Shown here: in pieces, positions 40,844 through 49,567 of the stretch
Position numbering within the stretch: position 1 is the first letter of the stretch
Layout: the number at the start of each line of letters is the position of its first letter
Virus record (IMG/VR): IMGVR_UViG_3300040801_002379
Span: 1-64,000 of that record
DNA length: 64,000 nt
Source of the DNA: a virus
Strand: one strand, 5' to 3'
Program-made: the position numbers and the translations under genes
Notes under the pieces: model-generated
What the model was told of the DNA's origin: nothing
The model's input: the letters and a program-made list of their open reading frames with translations, nothing else
Databases searched by the model: none

Positions 40844-40881
40844 GGCTGGAACCTATCGGGGGACATGTGGGAATCCTTTCG

Positions 40882-41184
40882 TCACGCGGGGGTCGGAATC
40901 TCGTCGTAGACCTCGTCGACCATGCTCTGAAGCTCGGCCTCCGCGGCGGCGAGGGTGGGGAACTCGTTGAAGGGCAACGTCTTGGACTTGGTGGCCCGGT
41001 AGCTCTGGTCGTTCGTGTCGACCACGGACGCATCCACAAGCTGCGTGCTCACGCTGAGCGCCCAATCGGCGCCCTCAGACGCGCTGGTGATGGTCGCCGT
41101 GATGCGGAACCCGCGCAGCTCGATGGCGGGGGTGTTCGTGTAGGTGATGCTGCTTCGGGTCAGGGTCAGGGCTGGTGCCGGCAT
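40882..41184 (-). CDS. hypothetical protein
   Basis: 100 aa from ATG 41184 (MPAPALTL), 7 nt after AAGGAG. Confidence 0.5.
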   Translation of the reverse strand: MPAPALTLTRSSITYTNTPAIELRGFRITATITSASEGADWALSVSTQLVDASVVDTNDQSYRATKSKTLPFNEFPTLAAAEAELQSMVDEVYDEIPTPA

Positions 41185-41298
41185 GGATGTCTCCTTGGAT
41201 GATGGGGCTTCAGTGCCCACCGTCGTTCTCGGCGCAAACCCATGGACCGTCAAGCGGTGGGAGCGAAGGAACTTCCAGATGCTCACTTCTGAGCCGCA

Positions 41299-41889
41299 TC
41301 AGGTCAGCGTTGGAACGAGCGTGGCTAGGGCTTCTTCTTGGAGCTTCTCGAACTCGCCGGTGTCGATGAGCCGTTGCCTGAGGAGCAGGGCGGCGGCCTC
41401 CAGAAACTGGCCCAGGTGGACCAGCCACTTCTGGTACGCCTTCTGCTGCTCCTCGACCTGGAGCCCCTGCCGCGGGATGGTCGCCTTGCGCTTCTGCTTG
41501 AGCAGGGCGAGGTGGGTCCTCAGGTAGTCCCGAGCGTGCTGTCGGTTCTTCATGTGGGTCAGGACCGCGGCCTGCTCACTCGTGGGCATCGAGCCGGTCA
41601 GCGCGTTGTGCCGGTCGATGAAGGTGAACCAGTCCAGAATCCGGAGCCGGTAGAAGATGTCTGGACCAGCCAGCGCGCGGCCGTAGAGCATCAGCCCTTT
41701 TCGGAATGCGGAGCGGGCCTCGTCGATGCTCGTCGAAGTCTGAGCCTTGGCCATCTCGACCTTGTAGCGGGTGGCGGTCTCCTCGCAGTAGCGGGACGCC
41801 TCCTCGGGGCTCGTGATTTCTGGAGCTTGGAAGGCGGTCGAGTCCTCAGAACCCGTGACCAAGCGGAGGTGGGACTTGTCGGTATGCAT
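41299..41889 (-). CDS. hypothetical protein
   Basis: 196 aa, helical. Confidence 0.55.
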   Translation of the reverse strand: MHTDKSHLRLVTGSEDSTAFQAPEITSPEEASRYCEETATRYKVEMAKAQTSTSIDEARSAFRKGLMLYGRALAGPDIFYRLRILDWFTFIDRHNALTGSMPTSEQAAVLTHMKNRQHARDYLRTHLALLKQKRKATIPRQGLQVEEQQKAYQKWLVHLGQFLEAAALLLRQRLIDTGEFEKLQEEALATLVPTLT

Positions 41890-42496
41890 CTCGAAGCAGC
41901 TCCTTGTCCTTGTCCGTTACGCGAAGGCGGGCGTCGAAGTCCAGATTTTCATCGATGCGACCATGCATGATGCTTTCTGGAGCTTGGTCATCATCCAGCC
42001 CGAGACAGTGACCAAGCTCGTGGTAGGCGGCGACGGTCATCTGCTCGGGCGTTGCTTCGGCATGCAACGCAACCGGAATGTGGATGACCGCCATCAGCAT
42101 GTCTCCGTCCCCGGCCTGCCACCACCGGGTCGTCGGATGGTCATGGTCAGGGGAAGCCTGGATGTAGATGGCTCGGGCTCGGGGGTCTTCGGTCTCCACC
42201 ATCCCCCATCGTGGGGCTTTGAAGACCTCACGGCCCACCACGCCTCCCCAGAAGCCGCGTGCTTCGTGGAAATGTGGACGCCAGGCCCTGAGGTGGGGTG
42301 AGAGAACAAGCTCCTGAGGGAGCATGTGGGGCGGCCAGCGAAGAGGGTGGCCGGTCGGGCCCTGGACGAACCCGCGGTCCTCGATGGTCTCCGTGCAGCC
42401 CGTGGCGTTCAAGACGACGAATAGCGCACAAATCAGTGCTCCAACCGGCCACATGAACACGGAGCGAACTGCTGCCAGATGGACCCGACGTGGCAT
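41846..42496 (-). CDS. secreted/lipoprotein metzincin-like zinc metalloprotease
   Basis: Signal peptide with lipobox-like LNATGC. Motif AYHELGHCLGLDDD..IMH (HExxHxxGxxD type). Confidence 0.7.
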   Translation of the reverse strand: MPRRVHLAAVRSVFMWPVGALICALFVVLNATGCTETIEDRGFVQGPTGHPLRWPPHMLPQELVLSPHLRAWRPHFHEARGFWGGVVGREVFKAPRWGMVETEDPRARAIYIQASPDHDHPTTRWWQAGDGDMLMAVIHIPVALHAEATPEQMTVAAYHELGHCLGLDDDQAPESIMHGRIDENLDFDARLRVTDKDKELLRDAYRQVPPPLGHGF

Positions 42497-43701
42497 CAGT
42501 ACCGTTCGAGGATTTGTATGGTCCCTTGGACCGTCTCGGACCCCGTGTCCTTCTGGACCGCCAGGACGAGATTGTCCCGGACGCCGGTATGGGTCGCCGT
42601 GACCAAGAGGTTGTTCACGTCTCCGAGGAGCTGGTTGACCGCTTGGACCTGATTGGTCGCTGATGCGTGTCCGGCCAGCAGGACATGACTGTCGGCGTCG
42701 AAGGTGATGTCAGCCTGGTCCAGCGAGTATTCGATGCCGACACCCGCCGAGACCCAGGTGGTGGGAGCAGCGCTGAGCACCGGATTGAGGATGAGCTGCC
42801 ACTGGTAGACGCCTGAGCCCTCGGGGAGGAGGCTCGCGCCCAGCGGGACGAGGTTCCCGCGGAGGTGGGTGGTGCGAAGGCGGGTGGTGATGAGGCTTCG
42901 GAGCGTGGTAGTCGCCGTGCCCACGCCCAACCCCGTGGTCACTGAGGTGAGCACGCCTCGGTCCTCGTTGCCGCCCTCGCGGTTCACCGCGGCGCAGATT
43001 TGCTCCAGAGAGCCCACGCCGCCCTGAGAGGAGATTTCGTACCGGATGGGGAGCGTGGGCGAGGACATGTAGACCACGTCCAGATTGTTCGCGTTGAGAA
43101 TCTCGTGGGCGTAGAAAATCTTCCCGTCGATGTCGAAGCCGAACCGGACTCGGCCGACGCCCAGCCACTGGAAGTCGATGAGCAGGATGTGGGACTTCGA
43201 CGGGTCCAGAACTATGCCACTCGGACCCGTGCCGTCGAACTTGTCGATGTTCCAATCAGCCTGCTCGATGGGGGTGTCCACCGGGGTGCCGGTGGCGTTG
43301 GTCCGGCGCACGAACTTGAGCGTGCCCGCGCTGGCCTCCAGAAAGAGCCCGTTGCTCGGGTCGAAGTAGCCGAGCCGCTTGGTGACGTCGGTCTGAGGTT
43401 GCATCCCGACGAAGGTGAGGAAGATTTGCTGCCCCTGGCCCGAGAGGTAGCGGAAGTATTCCCGGGTGGTCCGTGACGCCTCGTCGCTGTTGGCCGCGAC
43501 CTCCAGAAGAACGCTCGCCCGGTTCACGTTGAACGTCGCGCTGCCGGTGCCCGTGAGCTGCTCGTCCCAGAACTTGGGCCTCTTGTCGTAGAGGAACTCG
43601 TTCGTGAAGATGATGTTGTTGTTCGATACGCGAAGTCTGGAGAAGGCGTCGACGGACGCGGTGTCCGCAAGAGAGATGCTGGGGCGTAGATTCAAGCTCA
43701 T
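42496..43701 (-). CDS. putative virion structural protein (beta-sandwich/jelly-roll-like; possible fibre or receptor-binding protein)
   Basis: 401 aa, beta-rich. Segment ..WNIDKFDGTGPSGIVLDPSKSHILLIDFQWLGVGRVRFGFDIDGK... The assignment rests on composition and context only. Confidence 0.4.
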   Translation of the reverse strand: MSLNLRPSISLADTASVDAFSRLRVSNNNIIFTNEFLYDKRPKFWDEQLTGTGSATFNVNRASVLLEVAANSDEASRTTREYFRYLSGQGQQIFLTFVGMQPQTDVTKRLGYFDPSNGLFLEASAGTLKFVRRTNATGTPVDTPIEQADWNIDKFDGTGPSGIVLDPSKSHILLIDFQWLGVGRVRFGFDIDGKIFYAHEILNANNLDVVYMSSPTLPIRYEISSQGGVGSLEQICAAVNREGGNEDRGVLTSVTTGLGVGTATTTLRSLITTRLRTTHLRGNLVPLGASLLPEGSGVYQWQLILNPVLSAAPTTWVSAGVGIEYSLDQADITFDADSHVLLAGHASATNQVQAVNQLLGDVNNLLVTATHTGVRDNLVLAVQKDTGSETVQGTIQILERY

Positions 43702-43711
43702 TCTGGACTCC

Positions 43712-44134
43712 TCAGACGACGTACCAGGTGCCGTCCAGATACGCGAACGTGAAGCTGGCGAAGGGGTCCGTCATGACCGCTTCGGTGCTCCCGTCCTCGA
43801 AAACGTCTTGGGTCCCGCCGAACGCGCCCGCGACGATGGTGATGGGTTGGATGGTGCCGGCCGCTTCCTTGACGGTGACTCGGGTACCGTCTTCTGGAGC
43901 AGCGGGGAGGTTGACGGTCCGAGGTGCTAGGGCCGTCATGATGAGGAAGTCGCCGGCCACGGCGTCGGCTTCGATGCCCGTCTGCGTGACGGGTGTCGCG
44001 CCCGCAGAGCCCTCCAGATTCTTCAGGTAGGTGCCCAGACGAAGGTCCTCGGCACGTTCCGGGCGAAGCCCCGGGGCGTACTCGGGGAGGGCGTCGAGGG
44101 CTTCGACCTCGGTGTCGGTAAGACGGTTCGCCAT
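43712..44134 (-). CDS. hypothetical protein
   Basis: 140-aa ORF immediately upstream of the 401-aa protein gene. Confidence 0.5.
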   Translation of the reverse strand: MANRLTDTEVEALDALPEYAPGLRPERAEDLRLGTYLKNLEGSAGATPVTQTGIEADAVAGDFLIMTALAPRTVNLPAAPEDGTRVTVKEAAGTIQPITIVAGAFGGTQDVFEDGSTEAVMTDPFASFTFAYLDGTWYVV

Positions 44135-44167
44135 GTGGGCATCCTCTCCCCCGGAACCCCCGGGTGT

Positions 44168-45076
44168 CTAGGGCTGGCGCCGGAGCCAGGCTTCCGCGTC
44201 CTTACGGCCTCGGGCTCGGTTCACTTCCCAGACCTCGCGGTCGAAGATGAGGCTGCTTTGATACAGCGGAGCGCTCGGGCGATGGATGCGGAGGTTGATG
44301 AGTCGGTGCTTCGGGTCGTCGGGGTCGTGGCCCTCGCTGAGGATGCGCTCGTTGACCTCCTCGCACACGTGGATGTCGTTCTCCAGAATCTCGTTGGCCA
44401 TGACGCTGAGCACGCGAAGGCCACGATGGAGGAGCTTCTTGAGCCCGCCCTCGTCGTGCCACTTGCTCATGCCCTCGGGCTCGGTGATGAGAACGTCGAT
44501 GTCGGTGGCGCCGGCTTGGATGGCCGACTTGAGCGGGGTGATTTCGCGAACGCCGCCGTCGGTGTGCAGTCCAGAATTCCCGACGATGTCGGTCATCTGG
44601 AAGCCGAGCGGGTAGGCCGCTGTGGCGAACACCGGTTTCCAATCGCGGATGGTCTCCTCGGTCCAGGTGAACAGCGCACCCGTGTTGAGGTCGACCGAGG
44701 TGAGTCGGAGCTTCTTTCCAGAAGCCCGCACGGCGTCGGCGTCGAAGGTGCTGGAGATGAGCTTCATCAGCGGGCTGGCGTCGTAGGCGGCCCCCTGCCA
44801 GAGCGCGGGGATGTGAGCCAGCGGGCCAAACCACTTGGGCCACCAGGTCTTGTAGATGTCGTCCGTCTTGCGAACGCGCTTCTCCCAATCGCCGATGTAG
44901 TCCTCCAGCGCCTCCTGGAACGAAGGACGCATGGCGCACCGCGCGGCGAAGAGCCCGCCGACTGAGGTGCCGCAGAGGATTTCTGGATTGAAGTCGGAAT
45001 GCCGGGCCAGGACGTCGGCGTAGCCGAGCTGCCAGGCCCCGTGAGAGGCTCCACCGGATGTGACAATCGCGCGCAC
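44168..45076 (-). CDS. patatin-like phospholipase
   Basis: Oxyanion SGGASHG, nucleophile GTSVGG (GxSxG), catalytic Asp in TDGGV. Confidence 0.8.
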   Translation of the reverse strand: MRAIVTSGGASHGAWQLGYADVLARHSDFNPEILCGTSVGGLFAARCAMRPSFQEALEDYIGDWEKRVRKTDDIYKTWWPKWFGPLAHIPALWQGAAYDASPLMKLISSTFDADAVRASGKKLRLTSVDLNTGALFTWTEETIRDWKPVFATAAYPLGFQMTDIVGNSGLHTDGGVREITPLKSAIQAGATDIDVLITEPEGMSKWHDEGGLKKLLHRGLRVLSVMANEILENDIHVCEEVNERILSEGHDPDDPKHRLINLRIHRPSAPLYQSSLIFDREVWEVNRARGRKDAEAWLRRQP

Positions 45077-45104
45077 GTTGGGGACCCTAGCAGGTGCTCG
45101 GGGC

Positions 45105-45602
45105 CTAGCCCAGCCAGGAAGGTGGTGGAAGTAGACGGGCCAGGACGACTTCTAGGCGGTCTGCGACCTCCTCCTCGGTGTCCTCGTACCAGGCCAGGAA
45201 CCCAGCCCCCATGCGCTTCTCGGCCGCCTCCAGGGGCGCCCTGAAATGCCTCAGGTGCGAATGGACCAGCTCGTGGGCCACCGTCAGGCGCCAGGACTTC
45301 GAGCCCAGCCGAGCCAGCTTGGGCCCGTAGACGAACACCGAATGGTCGACTCGGCGGCTCTCGTGCTTGGCGAAGAGGTCAGGGCTGAGGTGGGGGTCGA
45401 ACTTGACCTCCACCTTGACCCCGACGCGAAGCAGTCGAGCACACTCTCGAACGTAGGCGGCGACCTCGTTTCTGGACGGTTCAGTCCTCGTCGTCGAACT
45501 CGTCCTCGTCCAGCTCGTCGTCCTCTTCTTCGTCCTCTTCGTCTTCCGTGTCGCCATCGTCTTCATCCCATGCGCCGGCCAGCGCGTCGAAGTCCCGGTC
45601 AC
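45105..45602 (-). CDS. SprT/WLM-like zinc metallopeptidase-fold protein (start uncertain)
   Basis: Motif VAHELVHSHLRHF. The first ~40 codons of the track ORF are K/R/T-rich read-through in an alternative frame of the acidic gene. No clean start codon was found near 45470. Confidence 0.5.
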   Translation of the reverse strand: MTGTSTRWPAHGMKTMATRKTKRTKKRTTSWTRTSSTTRTEPSRNEVAAYVRECARLLRVGVKVEVKFDPHLSPDLFAKHESRRVDHSVFVYGPKLARLGSKSWRLTVAHELVHSHLRHFRAPLEAAEKRMGAGFLAWYEDTEEEVADRLEVVLARLLPPPSWLG

Positions 45603-45756
45603 TCAGGTCCAGCTCATGCACTTCGGCCGGCTGAGGCTGGATGTTGAGCAGCTCGATGGGCCGCACTTCGCCCGTGTCCTCGTCCAGCTCGCAAAGCAGC
45701 TCGACGTCGCACGTGACGGTGAGCCCATGCAGGGTGATGATTGCCTTCTCGGTCAT
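45481..45756 (-). CDS. small highly acidic protein
   Basis: 91 aa from ATG 45756, 5 nt after GGGAGG. The C-terminus is a D/E run. Confidence 0.5.
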   Translation of the reverse strand: MTEKAIITLHGLTVTCDVELLCELDEDTGEVRPIELLNIQPQPAEVHELDLSDRDFDALAGAWDEDDGDTEDEEDEEEDDELDEDEFDDED

Positions 45757-45970
45757 GCAGTCCTCCCGTCCAGATTTCCGTGTCCAGACTGTAAAGCAGT
45801 AAAACTCACCTCGATGAGGCAAGGTCAGCATGACGGGATGGACTGAGGAAGAGGAGGAGCCAGGCTCGACGGATGTCGCTCGGCTTCAAGTTGTCACGGT
45901 ACGACCCCGGGGAAGGGCCGTCAGGATGTCCCCCTGGTCGGGTTTCTAAACCATCGGTTCAGGTCCGTGG

Positions 45971-46165
45971 TCAGGAGCCGAGTCCGAAGGCGCTGTGCTC
46001 CTTGGCCTTCTGCTTGGCCGCCTTCAGGGTCTTGAAGGTGCCGATGGTGCGCTCCTGAGGGAAGGCGCACCACAAGGTCCAGGTGCCGTCGTGCTCCTGG
46101 ACTGCTGCGTAGGGGTCGGATGTCCACCACCCCGCCTCCTGCTTCTCCCACTCGTCCAGATTCAT
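45971..46165 (-). CDS. hypothetical protein
   Basis: 64-aa ORF. The start overlaps the upstream stop. Confidence 0.45.
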   Translation of the reverse strand: MNLDEWEKQEAGWWTSDPYAAVQEHDGTWTLWCAFPQERTIGTFKTLKAAKQKAKEHSAFGLGS

Positions 46166-46449
46166 GGCTCCTCCTTGCGTCCGGCGATGCTCATCTCCCC
46201 GCGCTGGGGGCGGCGGGGCTCCTTGCGGGCCGTCAGTAGGCGCTCGGTCGCGTTCGATGTCGGCCGGACGACCACGACCTCGACCAGGAAGCCCACCCCA
46301 ACACTGGCCACCACCACCAGCGTGAGCGGCCAGAAGGCTCCAGCGACGATGGTGAGGTCGTCGTTGGTGTCGAGCGCTCTTCCGATGCCCACGACGATTC
46401 CAGCGACCACGAGGTAGCCCACGACGCCTGCCACGTACCAGGGGGTCAT
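46162..46449 (-). CDS. membrane protein (3 predicted TM helices)
   Basis: 95 aa with hydrophobic stretches VAGVVGYLVVAGIVVGIG and FWPLTLVVVASVGVGFLV. Confidence 0.5.
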   Translation of the reverse strand: MTPWYVAGVVGYLVVAGIVVGIGRALDTNDDLTIVAGAFWPLTLVVVASVGVGFLVEVVVVRPTSNATERLLTARKEPRRPQRGEMSIAGRKEEP

Positions 46450-46835
46450 CGGTGCTCCACGTATTCGATGAGCTTCACGGTGCGCTTCTCACCGGTCTTG
46501 TGGCACCAGAAGACCGTCCAGTCGGACAGCACCGCGCGGACGAAGGTCCGGGCGGCCTCCAGATGGACCTTGGTAGGCTTGGGGTAGCCGCCGGCCTCGA
46601 GGTCGCCTCCGAGCCGGTCGTCCTCGTGCAGGTCCTCCAGGAAGCGGGTGGCGACCACGGACGCCAGGTACTCGATGGCGTCCTCCGTGGGCTCGTTCTG
46701 GACGTAGGCCTCGAAGACCTCGGTGTCGGTCGCGTGGACCTCGTTGGTGTAGTCGTCCAGAAAGTCGTGGACCGCGTCGTCCAGGTCCTCGTGCAGGACC
46801 TCGCTGTTGTCGATGTGTGCCCATAGCCGTTTCAT
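46446..46835 (-). CDS. hypothetical acidic protein
   Basis: 129 aa from ATG 46835, 7 nt after GGGAGG. Confidence 0.5.
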   Translation of the reverse strand: MKRLWAHIDNSEVLHEDLDDAVHDFLDDYTNEVHATDTEVFEAYVQNEPTEDAIEYLASVVATRFLEDLHEDDRLGGDLEAGGYPKPTKVHLEAARTFVRAVLSDWTVFWCHKTGEKRTVKLIEYVEHR

Positions 46836-46874
46836 TGGTCGTCCTCCCTTCACAATACCTGCCGAATCCGGCAC

Positions 46875-47057
46875 CTAGCGTCGCATTGGCTGACAAATGT
46901 GTCCCGCACCTCGCAGAACAGGACACGGCGAGTCGCCCTCCTCCCGGGTGCAGACGCAGCCCGGCGACCGCGGCTTCAGGTCTGGGTCTTTCCTCCGCGC
47001 CTCTTCGACTTGCTGAGATGAAGCAGAAGACGGACTCGGAGTGCGTATTTCGCTCAT
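46875..47057 (-). CDS. doubtful small ORF
   Basis: 60 aa, Ser/Pro/Arg/Cys-rich. The only support is ATGA coupling to the upstream stop. Confidence 0.25.
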   Translation of the reverse strand: MSEIRTPSPSSASSQQVEEARRKDPDLKPRSPGCVCTREEGDSPCPVLRGAGHICQPMRR

Positions 47058-47281
47058 TGGTTCTTCTCCTGGTCCATCTTGCGGAACGCCTCGGCCGCCC
47101 TCATGGCCATGTCACCCACTTGACCGAAGCCCTCGTCTTGGCTCTTCCGTCGGGCGTCGTAGGCCCATGCAGCGATGGCCTCGAACTGGTCGATGGCGTA
47201 TCGCCTGAGGAACTGGACCTCGTTCCTCAAGCTGTTCAGCTCGGTTTCTGGACTCTCAGCCACCGGGAAATGCTGGTGCAT
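47054..47281 (-). CDS. hypothetical protein
   Basis: 75 aa from ATG 47281 (MHQHFPVA). Confidence 0.45.
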   Translation of the reverse strand: MHQHFPVAESPETELNSLRNEVQFLRRYAIDQFEAIAAWAYDARRKSQDEGFGQVGDMAMRAAEAFRKMDQEKNQ

Positions 47282-47282
47282 C

Positions 47283-47549
47283 CTAGACCTCGTACAGGTG
47301 GAGGATGAGCGCGCCGGGAGTCTGCGTCGTGCCGAGGTACGTGGAGCGCCAGGGGACCACCTCCCCTGTCGGGACCCACTGGAAGAACCGCCGGGTGCTG
47401 GGGGCCATGGTGTCGACCTCGGCCCAGACGTGGGCCTCGACTCCGTAGTGGACCAGCGGCTGGACGTGGACGATGTGGGCATCCTTCGGCATACGAATGG
47501 AGAAGGGTTCAGGCGTCAGCAAGGCGGGGTACTTGTAGACCGTCTTCAT
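47283..47549 (-). CDS. hypothetical protein
   Basis: 88 aa: MKTVYKYPALLTPEPF... Beta-rich. Confidence 0.5.
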   Translation of the reverse strand: MKTVYKYPALLTPEPFSIRMPKDAHIVHVQPLVHYGVEAHVWAEVDTMAPSTRRFFQWVPTGEVVPWRSTYLGTTQTPGALILHLYEV

Positions 47550-47890
47550 GGAACCTCCGTCGTCAGCTTGAGCGTGTCGCGCCTCAGGGTGGGGTCGACG
47601 TGGATGTGGATGTGGAAGCCCGCCACTTCCATCGAGGTGATTTTGAACCCATGCGCGGGGCCGTCCGAAACCGGACCCGTCAGCGGGATGTAGTCCAGAA
47701 CGAACCAGGTCTCCAGAAGGAACTTGGTGAACGGGTGCATGGTCACGGCCAAGGGGGTCTCATGGGCGCGGACTGCGCTGTCCATGTACTCCGAGATGAC
47801 CCTGTCGATGAGGTAGCCCCTCGGGAACACGATTCGCTCGAAGGGGATGGTCCGGTATCGGGTCGTGTGGATGGCCAATTCGACTTTCAT
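47546..47890 (-). CDS. hypothetical protein
   Basis: 114 aa from ATG 47890 (ATGA coupling). Confidence 0.5.
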   Translation of the reverse strand: MKVELAIHTTRYRTIPFERIVFPRGYLIDRVISEYMDSAVRAHETPLAVTMHPFTKFLLETWFVLDYIPLTGPVSDGPAHGFKITSMEVAGFHIHIHVDPTLRRDTLKLTTEVP

Positions 47891-48099
47891 GTCCCATCCC
47901 CCGGACCAGGCTGGGGGAAGCTGAGGCCCCCGCGCTGCTCCTCGTCTGGAGTGTCTGGATTCTGGCGAGCGTCGATGACCAGCTCGGCGTCCTCCAGAAT
48001 TCGCCGGGCAATCTCGATTCGCTCCATGACGGTGTCCAGAAGGCCATGGTGCAAGATGTGTGCATCCCGGTACATGGCGATGGGGTCCAAGTTGGTCAT
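47887..48099 (-). CDS. hypothetical protein
   Basis: 70-aa ORF, coupled at both ends. Confidence 0.45.
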   Translation of the reverse strand: MTNLDPIAMYRDAHILHHGLLDTVMERIEIARRILEDAELVIDARQNPDTPDEEQRGGLSFPQPGPGDGT

Positions 48100-48395
48100 G
48101 ACTTCTCTCCGAGTAGCGGTTGGTTTTCGATGGTGCCCACTTTTCTGGACCCGAGAACCATGAGGTTAGGGCTGCTGCCCTCGTTGGTCCCGATGAACGC
48201 ACGGCCACGGTCCGTGACGAACATCCCGAATTCGACGTCTGGACCCGCGAGAACGTGCATGGCCTCGCGCGAGATGCCGATGACGGTGGGGACCTCGCCC
48301 TCATCGAGGGCATCATTGACCATGTCGTGGATGTGACTCTCCACTCCAGACTTGGTGATGCTGATGATGTTCGAGTAGCGGAATCGCTGCGTCAT
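48096..48395 (-). CDS. hypothetical protein
   Basis: 99-aa ORF. Confidence 0.5.
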   Translation of the reverse strand: MTQRFRYSNIISITKSGVESHIHDMVNDALDEGEVPTVIGISREAMHVLAGPDVEFGMFVTDRGRAFIGTNEGSSPNLMVLGSRKVGTIENQPLLGEKS

Positions 48396-48859
48396 GTGAT
48401 GCCTCCAGTTTTCGGGTCGAATGAGTCATCCGGGTACTGCCGGCTCTGGACGAGCGGAACTCGCTCGTATGAGAACTCGATGCCCGCTAGCTCGAAGTCG
48501 TCGTAGACGAACCCGCCTTCCGGGCGTGGTGTGAGCTTCTCACTGGTAGACCCCACGATGGAGAAATTCGCTCGGCCGTCCTTGAAGGCCTGGACGTGGA
48601 CCGCTTGGCCCTCGGGAAGGACCGCCACGGTGACCTCGACGTCACCGTCCTCCTTCAGCTCGATGTCCTCGACGAACCCGATAGGGCTGGGGCGTTTCAA
48701 GGGCTCACTCACCATGACCAAATCACGATGCAAGCGCTTCTCCCGGTACCCCTCGATGGCTTTCTGGACAGCCTCCCTCGGGAAGATGTCGCCTTGGCCA
48801 TCTGGAACGTCGACCTTGAGCACGACGTCGGTGAGCCGTTCTAGGTCTGGAGTCTTCAC
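48392..48859 (-). CDS. hypothetical protein
   Basis: 155 aa from GTG 48859, which overlaps the upstream stop (GTGA). Confidence 0.45.
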   Translation of the reverse strand: MKTPDLERLTDVVLKVDVPDGQGDIFPREAVQKAIEGYREKRLHRDLVMVSEPLKRPSPIGFVEDIELKEDGDVEVTVAVLPEGQAVHVQAFKDGRANFSIVGSTSEKLTPRPEGGFVYDDFELAGIEFSYERVPLVQSRQYPDDSFDPKTGGIT

Positions 48860-49146
48860 GCCTCCTCCAGAAGCACGAGCTTGCTCACTCGGGGCCAGTA
48901 GATGCGCGGCTTGGCCTTCTCGGACGTGACCACCTTCACCAGGTAGCTCTCGTGGTCCCGGGTCATACCGCCACCATAGTGGCTGATGCAGCCCTGCTGC
49001 TGCCACTTGGCCAGCTTGGGAATCGGATTACGCCGTGGAGGGAGGACCTCCACAATCTCGCCTCTCTTCTCCTTGAGAAAGCCTGCCGCCTGCGAGGTCC
49101 ATCGGACCCTGTCTCCTACCTTCATGTTCTGCTCCTCCTTCTTCAT
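48856..49146 (-). CDS. hypothetical protein (SH3/KOW-like small beta protein?)
   Basis: 96 aa from ATG 49146 (ATGA coupling). An alternative ATG at 49125 follows AGGAGG. Confidence 0.5.
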   Translation of the reverse strand: MKKEEQNMKVGDRVRWTSQAAGFLKEKRGEIVEVLPPRRNPIPKLAKWQQQGCISHYGGGMTRDHESYLVKVVTSEKAKPRIYWPRVSKLVLLEEA

Positions 49147-49328
49147 GACAGCCACCAGATGAGCGCTACGAGCACGCACATGGTCGCGTAGACGATGGGC
49201 ATCTTGATGATGTAGGCCCCACCTGCGTCCCGTTCGATGACGGTGCGCTCAATGAAGGTCAGCTTGCGCTCCTTCAACGGCTTGGGGTTGAACTTCGGAC
49301 TCCACTCGTTTGGGTTCAGGTGCCTCAT
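49143..49328 (-). CDS. small C-terminally membrane-anchored protein
   Basis: 61 aa from ATG 49328, after GGAGGAGGAAGG. The C-terminus is MPIVYATMCVLVALIWWLS. Confidence 0.5.
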   Translation of the reverse strand: MRHLNPNEWSPKFNPKPLKERKLTFIERTVIERDAGGAYIIKMPIVYATMCVLVALIWWLS

Positions 49329-49567
49329 CCTTCCTCCTCCAGAAACTCGACTACCTCCTCTTCGCCCTCGTCGTCGTCGTCCAGAAGCTCGTTTGCCTCC
49401 TCGGCCTTCTGGTCCAACCAGGAATCGAAGTTGTCGCCCCACTGCTCGCTCGTGAAGGTCGCCTCCTGGCCAGGCTGGCCCAGCTCCTCTTCGAACTGGT
49501 TGAGCAATGCCGCGAGATTGGCCAGGTACCAGGTCTTGAACTCTCGGAGGTGGATTTCGGTCTTCAT
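49325..49567 (-). CDS. small acidic protein
   Basis: 80-aa ORF with a D/E-rich C-terminus. Confidence 0.5.
   Translation of the reverse strand: MKTEIHLREFKTWYLANLAALLNQFEEELGQPGQEATFTSEQWGDNFDSWLDQKAEEANELLDDDDEGEEEVVEFLEEEG

Noticed and set aside
45767-45812. A tenth copy of the promoter element (..GTGAGTTTTACTGC-TTTACA-GTCTGGACACGGAAATC-TGGACG).
   Set aside because: It lacks the upstream TCCAGAA arm, and the -10 position reads TGGACG. It is probably a decayed or strongly factor-dependent copy, so it is not listed as a feature.
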